Assembly: GCA_013166775.1 (NCBI GenBank)
Contig: JABLTJ010000011.1
Span: 1-64,000, forward strand
Length of the DNA: 64,000 nucleotides
Reading direction: 5' to 3'
DNA from: Promethearchaeati archaeon
Lineage (GTDB): Archaea > Asgardarchaeota > Heimdallarchaeia > Heimdallarchaeales > Heimdallarchaeaceae
Under the pieces are notes generated by a model that searched no databases, had not been told where the DNA came from, and saw nothing but the letters and a program-made list of their open reading frames with translations. Shown piece after piece: positions 33,163 to 42,318 of the stretch (its first letter is position 1; each line of letters begins with the position of its first letter). Made by a program: the position numbers and the translations under genes.

Positions 33163-34044
33163 TTAGATCAGCTGGAATGTCTGATCTAAATTACCATCAT
33201 ATTCTTCAGGAATCATTACTCCAGTGTGGTAAGGAAAATTAGCTGATGCATAAGCAAAAGCTTCTTCCATTGTAGTTCTGGGTTTGGAGTTGAAGTAATC
33301 AATCAAAGTGAATTCTAAGAAGTAGTAGGTCCATAATCCGTTATTAAATTCAGGTGCGTCCCAACCCATACCTTTAGTAGTACAAGCTGCTGCAAAATAA
33401 ATGTATTCACTGTTGGTTAAGTTCATTAAATCTGGTCCAAATCCTCCAGCAAAGCAGTGGTCAATGAAAATGAAAATGCTTTCTGCGATAGCTAATTCAA
33501 GTATAGATGCTAGTTCATAATCCCAGAATCTTCCGTCTTCGTCATTTTCAGCATCACCTAGATCCCACATACATAGAAAGCTTCCACCCTTATGATCTGT
33601 AGAACCATGTCCAGAAGTCATAAAAGATATTACATCATTTTCTCCTGCATTTGCAATGACATTGCATAGTGCTTGTTTAACGTTATATTCAGTTGCTAAA
33701 CCATCTAATTGAGGATAATAACTTGTGTCATCTCCAAAGAGCAATATATGCTCGTACCCTAGTTCTGTTAAGTAAAGATACCAATCTGTAGCGTCATCAT
33801 CAGCTAATCCAAGATCACTAATGGCTTTGTAATCACTAATTCCAACTATTATTGCCCAATGCTCAGCTTTTCCATTAGCAGGAGGAACAATATCAGCAGA
33901 ATATTCCAGTGATGTTGAAGAAATGGTGTCAAAAGAGAAATTGATATCTCTTGAAGCGAGTGATGAATATTGTTGTATAGAAATTCCAAAGAATAGACTG
34001 GATAGAAGGATAATTAGTACAAAATTTGTTTTTGTATGTTTCAT
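33163..34044 (-). CDS. Caspase-family (C14) peptidase with signal peptide
   Basis: WAIIVGISDY, SGHG (catalytic His), IDHCFAG (catalytic Cys), NGLWTYY; hydrophobic N-terminus. Confidence 0.85.
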   Translation of the reverse strand: MKHTKTNFVLIILLSSLFFGISIQQYSSLASRDINFSFDTISSTSLEYSADIVPPANGKAEHWAIIVGISDYKAISDLGLADDDATDWYLYLTELGYEHILLFGDDTSYYPQLDGLATEYNVKQALCNVIANAGENDVISFMTSGHGSTDHKGGSFLCMWDLGDAENDEDGRFWDYELASILELAIAESIFIFIDHCFAGGFGPDLMNLTNSEYIYFAAACTTKGMGWDAPEFNNGLWTYYFLEFTLIDYFNSKPRTTMEEAFAYASANFPYHTGVMIPEEYDGNLDQTFQLI

Positions 34045-34198
34045 ATCAATCACTTAGGTCGTATAAACCTGATACTCAATTGAAAAGCAAAATATCATTG
34101 TTTTTCTTTAAAAAACTAAAGTAGAGATTCCAAATTCATAACTAAAATCTCAAATTAAAAAGAGATAGAAGTTAGAGAATGGAAGGAGGTTTGAGAGA

Positions 34199-34390
34199 AT
34201 GGTGAAGATAGAATCAATTACTTAACATATTGTTGTCGACACAACTACTCAGAGTTCTACTATATCATGAGTCTTAGGTGGTATTGGGTTAGATAATTTC
34301 TCAATAGCCATAGACAGCCGAGATTCATTGGTGTAGGAACTGGTTTGGGTAAGATTTGAACATCATTAATTTTGTAATCATCAGTAAATA
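34199..34390 (+). pseudogene. Decayed N-terminus of a probable MBL-fold hydrolase
   Basis: GGAGG SD then MVKIESIT*HIVVDTT...*VLGGIGLDNFSIAIDS..., with several in-frame stops. Confidence 0.45.
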
Positions 34391-34461
34391 AAATATTGAT
34401 ATATTCTAATTTCATGTTGTCTTTCAGTAAATCAAATAAATGTATACAAAAATGTAAACCT

Positions 34462-34917
34462 ATGTCAAACGAAAATGCTAGAACTGGATGGTTTTTCAGA
34501 GATGGAGAACTGCTAGATGATAATGCATACTTTGAGAATATGTCTAGAGCTGTATTTCAAGCAGGTTTGAGCTGGCAAATGATTGCAGATAAATGGCTAG
34601 CTTTCAGGAAAGCATTCAAGGATTTTGACATAGAAGAAGTTGGCAATTTCGATGAAGAAGACATTGAAAGATTGCTTTCAGATAAAAGTATAATTCGAAA
34701 TAGATCAAAGATTGAAGCTGTTATAGTAAATGCGATTGAGTTTGTAAAAATAAAAGAGGAATTTGAGTCCTTTCGAAATTACATAGATAATCTAGATAAA
34801 TCAGAAAATTACAAATTTGTTAAGAAAGAATTGGGAAAAAGATTTTCTAGAATGGGACCAAAATCAGCTATGATTTATTTGTATAGTATTGGAGAAAATA
34901 TAAAACACGAAGAATAA
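34462..34917 (+). CDS. tag: DNA-3-methyladenine glycosylase I (short form)
   Basis: YFE, FQAGLSW, FRKAFKDFD, IIRNRSKIEAV. Confidence 0.9.
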   Translation: MSNENARTGWFFRDGELLDDNAYFENMSRAVFQAGLSWQMIADKWLAFRKAFKDFDIEEVGNFDEEDIERLLSDKSIIRNRSKIEAVIVNAIEFVKIKEEFESFRNYIDNLDKSENYKFVKKELGKRFSRMGPKSAMIYLYSIGENIKHEE

Positions 34918-34953
34918 CTAGAATGAATATTGCAGATATTTAACTAATTTTTA

Positions 34954-35133
34954 TTATGCATCATCAAGTTCTTCAAAATCAAGCTTAAAATGATTTGAAG
35001 CTAAGAAGACTTCTGGATTATGTACAAATTCAATCAAACAATCCCTCTGACAAAAATATAATGTTTTACCCTTGTAAGCTGTTTTAACGATATTTTTAGG
35101 AAGATGGGCACCACAACATGTTTTTGTAGCCAT
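34954..35133 (-). CDS. YHS/TRASH-domain metal-binding protein (59 aa, missed by ORF track)
   Basis: MATKTCCGAHLPKNIVKTAYKGKTLYFCQRDCLIEFVHNPEVFLASNHFKLDFEELDDA: CG...YKGK.LYFC..C...F..NP pattern. Confidence 0.85.
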   Translation of the reverse strand: MATKTCCGAHLPKNIVKTAYKGKTLYFCQRDCLIEFVHNPEVFLASNHFKLDFEELDDA

Positions 35134-35256
35134 ATGTAATTTATTGTGAATTTCTAATTAAGAATTATGCTTTAACAAAATTCTAAAACATTTATTATCA
35201 ATTCAATTAAAAAGTTAATATAGATATATAAATGTGTCTTCAAAGATACTAATGTA

Positions 35257-36726
35257 ATGAGACAGAAACACTCTCAAAATTTTTTAGAATATAAGAAAAA
35301 AATCCCTAAAGCTAGACTCCTAGAAGATTACTTGATATTTAGAGAGAGTCTTGAAGCAATTCATCCTTCGATTTACAGGTATAGAAAGCAAGAAGAAGTC
35401 CAAGAAGAGTTTAATGAGATAAGAAACAAGATTTCTTATGATATGATTTCTCTTGATTTTTTCACATTTATAGCTCCTTTAATTAGTTTCATAGGAGATG
35501 GGCATACAAATATTATACCTAGTCTTACATTTATGGATTGGTTAAAAAATGAAAATGGCGTTTTTCCTCTAAAACCTATTTTCATAGAAAATAAATTTTT
35601 CATAAATCATAATTATACTAATTTGGAAGAATTAGATCTAAAGTGTGAAATTTTATACATCGATAGTTTTCCAATAAATGAAATTGTTAAACATTTATTT
35701 GATTTTATTCAAATCGATGGAATAGGTGACGAAAGAAAATACAGAAAATTAGAAAATGTTTTCCAAATCCTATACAGTTTGGTATATGGAGTAAAAACTG
35801 AATTCCAAATTGAATTCAGAAAATCCAATGAAAAACAGACCAATAGCATAAGAATTAAATCTATGACGAGAGAAAATATTGAGCAAATTAAGAAAATTAA
35901 ATATCCGGAGGAACTTTACAGACCACTCTATAATTTAAGAATTCTTAATGATAGAGATACAGCTGTTCTTAAAATTCGTTCATTCTTAAATGGAAAGAAA
36001 TTTGCTAAAGTTTACAAAAACAAACACTACAAAAACGAAGGAAAGTTGAATAAATTTCTAAAACATGCTTTTAAATTGGTTAAAAAGAAAGAAATACACA
36101 ATCTAATTATTGATATAAGAGATAATGATGGTGGAAAGAAAACCAATAGTGCGTTTCTTTATAGATATTTGAGCGATAAAACATTCAAGTTTTACAAGGA
36201 TTGTTATATAAATAAAAATTGTTTTGATTTTCTCAAGAGAAATAATAAAAAAATTGATAGTTTAATTACTAAAACTCTTCCTAAATTATCCATTGAGCAA
36301 AATTACTATAAATTTGAAAATTATTTTTTTATGCAATCATTGTACAAAACTCATAAACCTAAAAAAAATAGATTCAGTGGAGTTGTTTATATTATTCTTA
36401 ATGGAAGAACATTTTCTGCAGCAGGAGAATTTGCTGCTATATGTCATAACGCTCAAGCAGCTGCTATCGTGGGAGAAGAAACAAGTGCAGGATATCTAGG
36501 GAATACAGCAGGACATATCGTCAAAGTAGAACTACCTGCATCAAAAATAAGAATTTTCATTCCAATTTTACAGTTTAATAATGCTTTAGAAGGAAAGGAT
36601 TTTGGTAGAGGAATTATCCCACAGTATAGTGTAGAAAAAACTATTGAAGGTTTTAGTTCAGGAAAAGACACTGAACTCGAATTTATCTTTGAATTAATAC
36701 AAGATAAACGAAACACACACAAATAG
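35257..36726 (+). CDS. S41 family peptidase
   Basis: DGHT, LIIDIRDNDGG, TFSAAGEF (catalytic Ser), VGEETSAG, GRGIIP. Confidence 0.88.
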   Translation: MRQKHSQNFLEYKKKIPKARLLEDYLIFRESLEAIHPSIYRYRKQEEVQEEFNEIRNKISYDMISLDFFTFIAPLISFIGDGHTNIIPSLTFMDWLKNENGVFPLKPIFIENKFFINHNYTNLEELDLKCEILYIDSFPINEIVKHLFDFIQIDGIGDERKYRKLENVFQILYSLVYGVKTEFQIEFRKSNEKQTNSIRIKSMTRENIEQIKKIKYPEELYRPLYNLRILNDRDTAVLKIRSFLNGKKFAKVYKNKHYKNEGKLNKFLKHAFKLVKKKEIHNLIIDIRDNDGGKKTNSAFLYRYLSDKTFKFYKDCYINKNCFDFLKRNNKKIDSLITKTLPKLSIEQNYYKFENYFFMQSLYKTHKPKKNRFSGVVYIILNGRTFSAAGEFAAICHNAQAAAIVGEETSAGYLGNTAGHIVKVELPASKIRIFIPILQFNNALEGKDFGRGIIPQYSVEKTIEGFSSGKDTELEFIFELIQDKRNTHK

Positions 36727-36886
36727 CTAGAAGACTCTTTTTAATTCTATTATCTAAAAGAAGAAAGAAGAGATAACACAATTCTCTTTCACTTTCTTTC
36801 TTTTTCTCGATGATGTCACTAAAATAGAAACAAAAATCTATGAGAATGTCACAAAAGTTAAGAAACAGAGCTGTTAATATTTGTTT

Positions 36887-38950
36887 ATGTATAAGAACAG
36901 AAAGCGAAAATTTACAACAACTATTTGCTTAGTATTCTTACTTGTTGCTGTTATATTATTAGAATTTTCAAATAACAGCACAATTGGAACTATAGCAGAA
37001 AACGAATCAGATCTAAAAATAAAACTGCAATATTGGACTGAAGGAATTATAATTTCAGATGCAAATATCTCAGCTCTTAGCTCATCTGGAACAGGATCAA
37101 ATTCAGATCCCTATATAATCGACAACCTGTTCATAGACACAACTGATTCTCTTGCAGTAGAATTTGAAGGAGTATCAACTTCAACTCACTATGTGCTTCG
37201 TGACTCTTACCTTAAAGGTAGTACTTACGGTGTCTATATTTCTGATTCCATTTTTGGAAAAGCATCAATAATCAACTGCACAATTGAGGGAGCTCTATCA
37301 GTAGGAGGTCCAAATGCTCGTTATTTGCTAGTTCATAATAACACATTAACCTTTAATCAGGGAAGCTCCTTTAGAAAAGGAATAACATTCACTGAAAATA
37401 TCATAATCTCAAAAAGTCCATATAGTGTTCATTTAGGAAGATTTCGAAATGAAGATAATATAATAAAAGACAACGTCTTTTACGGAAATAACTCAGAAAT
37501 CCTCCTTAACAATATAGTAAATTCAACCATTGAAAACAATGTATTACATAATGCAGGCTTTGATTTCTCAAATAATGATGTTAAAGAAACTACAAACAAT
37601 ACAATGGAAGGAAATACAATTGATGGAAAACCATATGGTTTCTTCTACAACAAAACAGGAGAAATAATAGATGGAGATATCTATGGACAAATATACCTTT
37701 TCAATTCTGTTAACTCTGAAATTAAAGATCATACTCTAAGTGGTTCCGGTTATGGAATACAAATCCACAAATGTACAGATATAGTTGTAGACAGTGTAGA
37801 AATAACAGGTAAAAATGGTATTGATATCAAGGAATCTGTGGATATTCTGATTGAAAAGAATGTTCTGGTAGGTTATGGCAATGGGATAAATCTAAATTTA
37901 GTAAATGATATAGATCTTCAAAACAATCATCTTACAGGATTTGCGTACGGGATTGATAGCTTTCTGGTAGATGAATTGTACATAAATAATAACACCATTT
38001 TAGAAAATGAAGATAATGGCATCTATCTCGATGATTGTGACAATATAGAGATTTGGTTCAATATAGTAACCATCAATGTTGAAGTACCAGGATCAGAACC
38101 AGCTCTAGTCTTCTGGGGATGTGAAAACGTAACAATATTCTATAATGTATTCATAAACCTAGGAAATAATACAGAATCACCAGTAGAAGGGAATTCATCT
38201 ACAAATGTAATATGGTATGACGAAACATTAGATGTAGGAAATCATTATTCAGATTGGATTGGTGCAGGAAATTACTTAATACCAGGAGATGTAGGGAGTA
38301 TAGATATTTATCCATTCATCGATGTAGATGGAGATTTACTTGAAGAATATGAGGAAGTAGTGGTGTACCACACCAATCCATTCGAAACAGATAGCGATAA
38401 TGATGGTTTAGATGATAATGAAGAAATAAATACATACAACACAGATCCTTTATCAAACGATAGTGATTCTGATGGAATGGATGATTTATGGGAAGTAACA
38501 AATGGTACAGATCCTAACACAGATGATGCTGATGAAGACCTAGATGATGACGGTTTGACAAATATTGAGGAATATAATCTCAATACATTACCAACAAATA
38601 ATGACACTGACGCTGATGGAATGGATGATTATTGGGAAGCCACATATGGAACAGACCCATTGATTGATGATGCCGAAAACGATCCAGATGAAGATGGATT
38701 GACTAACTTAACCGAATATAGTTTGGGTACTCTTCCAATGAATAACGATACAGATGGCGATAGTTTTACAGATGGTGTGGAGGTTATAGAAGGAACAGAT
38801 CCATTAGATCCAAATGATTATCCAAAATACGCACCTATAGGGCTTATTTTAGGATTAATTTTTGGTCTAGTAGTTCCATTAGGTGTAGCTGTTCTTGTGG
38901 TTCTAGCTAGAAAAGGTAAAATCACATTACCATTTATTAAGAAAAAATAG
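36887..38950 (+). CDS. Cell-surface protein: signal peptide, parallel beta-helix (NosD/PbH1), Ca-binding Asp repeats, C-terminal TM anchor
   Basis: GTGSNSDPYII, Asn-rich beta-helix repeats, GNHYSDW, DxDxDG repeats, IGLILGLIFGLVVPLGVAVLVVLARK. Confidence 0.88.
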   Translation: MYKNRKRKFTTTICLVFLLVAVILLEFSNNSTIGTIAENESDLKIKLQYWTEGIIISDANISALSSSGTGSNSDPYIIDNLFIDTTDSLAVEFEGVSTSTHYVLRDSYLKGSTYGVYISDSIFGKASIINCTIEGALSVGGPNARYLLVHNNTLTFNQGSSFRKGITFTENIIISKSPYSVHLGRFRNEDNIIKDNVFYGNNSEILLNNIVNSTIENNVLHNAGFDFSNNDVKETTNNTMEGNTIDGKPYGFFYNKTGEIIDGDIYGQIYLFNSVNSEIKDHTLSGSGYGIQIHKCTDIVVDSVEITGKNGIDIKESVDILIEKNVLVGYGNGINLNLVNDIDLQNNHLTGFAYGIDSFLVDELYINNNTILENEDNGIYLDDCDNIEIWFNIVTINVEVPGSEPALVFWGCENVTIFYNVFINLGNNTESPVEGNSSTNVIWYDETLDVGNHYSDWIGAGNYLIPGDVGSIDIYPFIDVDGDLLEEYEEVVVYHTNPFETDSDNDGLDDNEEINTYNTDPLSNDSDSDGMDDLWEVTNGTDPNTDDADEDLDDDGLTNIEEYNLNTLPTNNDTDADGMDDYWEATYGTDPLIDDAENDPDEDGLTNLTEYSLGTLPMNNDTDGDSFTDGVEVIEGTDPLDPNDYPKYAPIGLILGLIFGLVVPLGVAVLVVLARKGKITLPFIKKK
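38321..38820 (+). repeat. Intragenic thrombospondin-3-like Ca-binding repeats
   Basis: About seven D(T/S)DxDG(L/M)xDxxE...TDP units. Confidence 0.8.
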
Positions 38951-39059
38951 CAATTGCTATTCTTTTCATTTTTTCATTATTAATTACATTTGTATTTGCT
39001 TTATATGAAAATTTAAAATACATTTGTTCTTTGGAGATACAAACTGAGGAAGATGCAAG

Positions 39060-40019
39060 ATGCTTGAAAAAAGAACACTTGGAAAAACCAACATCAAAGT
39101 ATCACCTATTGGGATAGGTGTAATGATGTGGATGGGAGGTAAAGGTATCATTGGTCGTATTGCACCTAATGTATCAGATGAAATCAAGAACAATATTATC
39201 AAAGAGTCGTTTGACGGTGGCATCAATTTTTTTGATACTGCAGAAATGTATGGTTTTGGAAGATCTGAAGCAAATTTAGCTAAATCTTTGAAAGCAAACA
39301 GTATTGAAGATAAAGACGTGGTTATTGGTACAAAATGGGCACCTATGTTTCGAAGAGCAAGAAATATGCGTAGAACTATTAACAAACGTCTTCAATATCT
39401 CGATGATTATACAATCGATCTCTATATGATCCATCAACCAATCAGCTTTTCTACAATCAAAACTGAAATGAATGAACTTGCAAGACTTGTAGAAAGTGAA
39501 AAGGTTAAATCTGTAGGGATAAGCAACTACAATGCAAAAAAAATGAGAAAAGCTCATGAAGAACTGGAGAAGTTAAGAATACCCTTAGCTGCCAATCAAG
39601 TAAACTATAGTTTAGTAAGAAGAAATATTGAAACTAATGGAATATTGGATACTGCTAAAGAGCTTGGGGTTACAATTACTGCCTATACACCACTTGCTGG
39701 AGGTCTCCTAACTGGTAAACTACATAACAATCCAGAAATGATGAAAAATAAGTTTGCAATGTATCGTATGGTTGCTAAGAGGAATATGGAAGAAAGCACT
39801 CCATTAGTTGAAACTTTAACAGAGATAGGTAAAACACACGAAGTTCTTCCAGGTCAAGTTGCTCTGAACTGGTTAGTTACTTATCATGGAAATACAGTAA
39901 TTACTATACCAGGTGCAACAAAAGCTTATCAAGCTAAAGAGAGTGCCGGAGCGATGGCTTTCAACTTGAGTAAAACTGAATCTGAGGAAATTGCTGAAGT
40001 ATCAGAAATCTTCCTTTAG
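39060..40019 (+). CDS. Aldo/keto reductase
   Basis: FFDTAEMYG, IDLYMIH, VGISNY, NQVNYSL, IPGATK. Confidence 0.93.
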   Translation: MLEKRTLGKTNIKVSPIGIGVMMWMGGKGIIGRIAPNVSDEIKNNIIKESFDGGINFFDTAEMYGFGRSEANLAKSLKANSIEDKDVVIGTKWAPMFRRARNMRRTINKRLQYLDDYTIDLYMIHQPISFSTIKTEMNELARLVESEKVKSVGISNYNAKKMRKAHEELEKLRIPLAANQVNYSLVRRNIETNGILDTAKELGVTITAYTPLAGGLLTGKLHNNPEMMKNKFAMYRMVAKRNMEESTPLVETLTEIGKTHEVLPGQVALNWLVTYHGNTVITIPGATKAYQAKESAGAMAFNLSKTESEEIAEVSEIFL

Positions 40020-40126
40020 TTTCCTTTTCTTTACTTTATTATAGACCATTCAAATGAAAATGATTATATAAATCACTATCAAAGAAGCACCAAGATTAAC
40101 ATACAAGTATTTGAGCTGACATAGCC

Positions 40127-41581
40127 ATGGCTACTGAAGAATTCGTTTCTCAAGAGGACAAACCATCCATTCGACAAGTTCTCACCAATGCCACTTTTAT
40201 GGTACTTTTCGCAGCTCAATTTATAGAAAACATTGGTAGATCAATATCTGGTTTAGCTATTGAGTTCCTTATTTTCGAACTTACAGCAAGCCCATTTTTG
40301 ATGGGTGTTCTATCAATAATTTGGTTATCACCTTTCGTTATTATTGCTCCACTAGCTGGAGTTTTAGCAGATCGGTTCGATCAGAGAAAACTTATGTTAT
40401 ATTCAAACATAGTCAGTGCACTCGCATCAGTTGGTTTTGTAATCGTTTATCTCTTCATAAACCAACTAACACAAATTCATTATCCGTTTGGACAACCAGA
40501 TCTAGTTAACTCTCTCATTACTATAAATCCAGTTCCAAATTATCTTCATGTTCTTTGGCCCTTATTCATTCTTTGTTTCATAAATTCTGCTTCAGCAGCT
40601 TTCTTCTTTCCATCTAGAAATGCTTACACTCGTTTAATAGTTAAGAAAAAGAATCTCCTGATAGCTAATTCAGTTGGATCTTCAGTATTTCAAGTCGCTA
40701 CAATTTTTGGATTTGTTCTTGCAGGTCTATTAGCAGCTCGAAGTTATTTGTTGAGTTTTATATTTGATGCTCTAACTTTCGCAGTGTCTGGGATTCTTAT
40801 AGGAGTTATTTTCTTTATAGGAAAGAAACCTCCAGAGGTTATACGGGAGAAAAGTAAGAATATTAGACAGGAGATAAAAAGCTTTGGAGAAGATATTAAA
40901 ATTGGTTATCAAACAATTCGAGAGTATCCTAAAATATCCTATATGCTCTTAGTTTTCTCTTTCACTACTTTTTCATTTGGAGCAATTAATGTGCTTTTTA
41001 TTGTGATTTTACAAGGCGAGATGAGTTTAGGTGCAACGTGGTATGGGGTTTTGCAAGCATTAATGGGGGCGTCTGGCATTATTACTGCAATTGTTCTAAT
41101 GAGAATAGGGAGGATAAATCGTAAGATTTTAGTTCTAAATATCACTTTTGGTGCAATAACAGTGTCCATGTATATCTTCGCAGTAGTAAGAAACCTCTAT
41201 GTTATGATGGCTATTATGTTCGGTTATGGTATTATGGCAGTTTGTTTAAACGTTCCTTCTTCAACATTGATCCAAGAATCTGTTCCATATGAAAAGCAAG
41301 GAAGAGTATTTGGAACGCAACAATTGCTCCAAGGTGTTGCGCAATTATTGGGAATGGGGATTGTATCTTTAATTGCAGAATATGTTCTACCTATGTATGT
41401 ACTCTTAACAAGCTCTGGAATCCTCACAATTGCAATTATTTTTGGAATAATATATTCAGGAAGAAGAGGATTGATGGGTTCAGATTATTCAGAAGAAGTC
41501 TCACCTAAGGGAATCCTGGATATGGAAACGGAACCAGTATTAACAAGTACCAGTCATCTAGAATTATCAAATGAGGACTAA
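40127..41581 (+). CDS. MFS transporter (MFS_3/macrolide-efflux-like), copy 1
   Basis: About 12 TM segments; motif A GVLADRFDQRK; QGRVFG. Confidence 0.92.
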   Translation: MATEEFVSQEDKPSIRQVLTNATFMVLFAAQFIENIGRSISGLAIEFLIFELTASPFLMGVLSIIWLSPFVIIAPLAGVLADRFDQRKLMLYSNIVSALASVGFVIVYLFINQLTQIHYPFGQPDLVNSLITINPVPNYLHVLWPLFILCFINSASAAFFFPSRNAYTRLIVKKKNLLIANSVGSSVFQVATIFGFVLAGLLAARSYLLSFIFDALTFAVSGILIGVIFFIGKKPPEVIREKSKNIRQEIKSFGEDIKIGYQTIREYPKISYMLLVFSFTTFSFGAINVLFIVILQGEMSLGATWYGVLQALMGASGIITAIVLMRIGRINRKILVLNITFGAITVSMYIFAVVRNLYVMMAIMFGYGIMAVCLNVPSSTLIQESVPYEKQGRVFGTQQLLQGVAQLLGMGIVSLIAEYVLPMYVLLTSSGILTIAIIFGIIYSGRRGLMGSDYSEEVSPKGILDMETEPVLTSTSHLELSNED

Positions 41582-41605
41582 TTGATTTATATGTAATATC
41601 TGATC

Positions 41606-41890
41606 CTATTCTCCAAGCAATCTAACGATTCTTTCATATTCCTTATCGAGTTTAACAAAACTATTTGATTCTTTGTCAAAGAAATTAAAACCTTCACCTA
41701 TATTGATTTCCGGAATTCTAGACCACTGTTGAATGAAGTATGAATCTAGCAGAGGTTTAAGTAGATAAAAAGCATCTAGAAATTCTCTGATCTCTGATGA
41801 TGGAAATTCAATAGCAACACCAGATTTACCAGATTTGTCTATTGCAACGGTATCGGGGTAGGGGATCTTTGATAAATGGTAGAGAATTTT
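41606..41890 (-). pseudogene. C-terminal fragment of an Lrp/AsnC-type regulator (paralog of 45721-46857)
   Basis: ILYHLSKIPYP...IEFPSSEIREFLDAFYLLKPL...SNSFVKLDKEYER matches the C-terminus of 45721-46857; the HTH part is absent. Confidence 0.85.
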
Positions 41891-41911
41891 GTGAAAAACT
41901 CTGAAGAACTC

Positions 41912-42084
41912 AATTAACCAATATGTGAAATCGATTAGCACAAAAGCTTAGCTATTGAACTTTCAAGTTTAGAATACAATGTCTCTAGCTTAGAAAGAAT
42001 TAACCAAATGTGAAATCGATTAACACAAAAGCTTAGCTATTGAACTTTCAAGTTTAGAATACAATGTCTCTAGCTTAGAAAGAA
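41912..42084 (+). repeat. Tandem direct repeat, 2 x about 86 bp
   Basis: 41912-41997 and 41998-42082 are identical except for one indel and one substitution. Confidence 0.92.
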
Positions 42085-42120
42085 CATATTAGTACCAGAA
42101 ACTCATTTATTTTGATTCAT

Positions 42121-42279
42121 ATGTCATCGGAAATAAAATATGGACTTGTTTTAATTCAGTTTAATGAGTTTTCAGATCCAAATCTAGTAGTCGAATTTGC
42201 AATTGAAGCAGAGAAAGCTGGTTGCAGTAGAAGATATGAGAAAGATAGTTCCAAAAGGTCCTCCTTTAAGTATGTATGA
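42121..42279 (+). pseudogene. Internally deleted LLM-class (luciferase-like) oxidoreductase remnant
   Basis: MSSEIKYGLVLIQFNEFSDPNLVVEFAIEAEKAG (LLM N-terminus) joined out of frame to VEDMRKIVPKGPP (LLM-like C-terminus). Confidence 0.65.
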
Positions 42280-42318
42280 AGCAAGCAAGATTTACAATGG
42301 TGTTGAGATGATGTGGAT

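Noticed and set aside
41912-42084. CRISPR array
   Set aside because: Only two adjacent 86-bp units with no spacer, and no cas genes.
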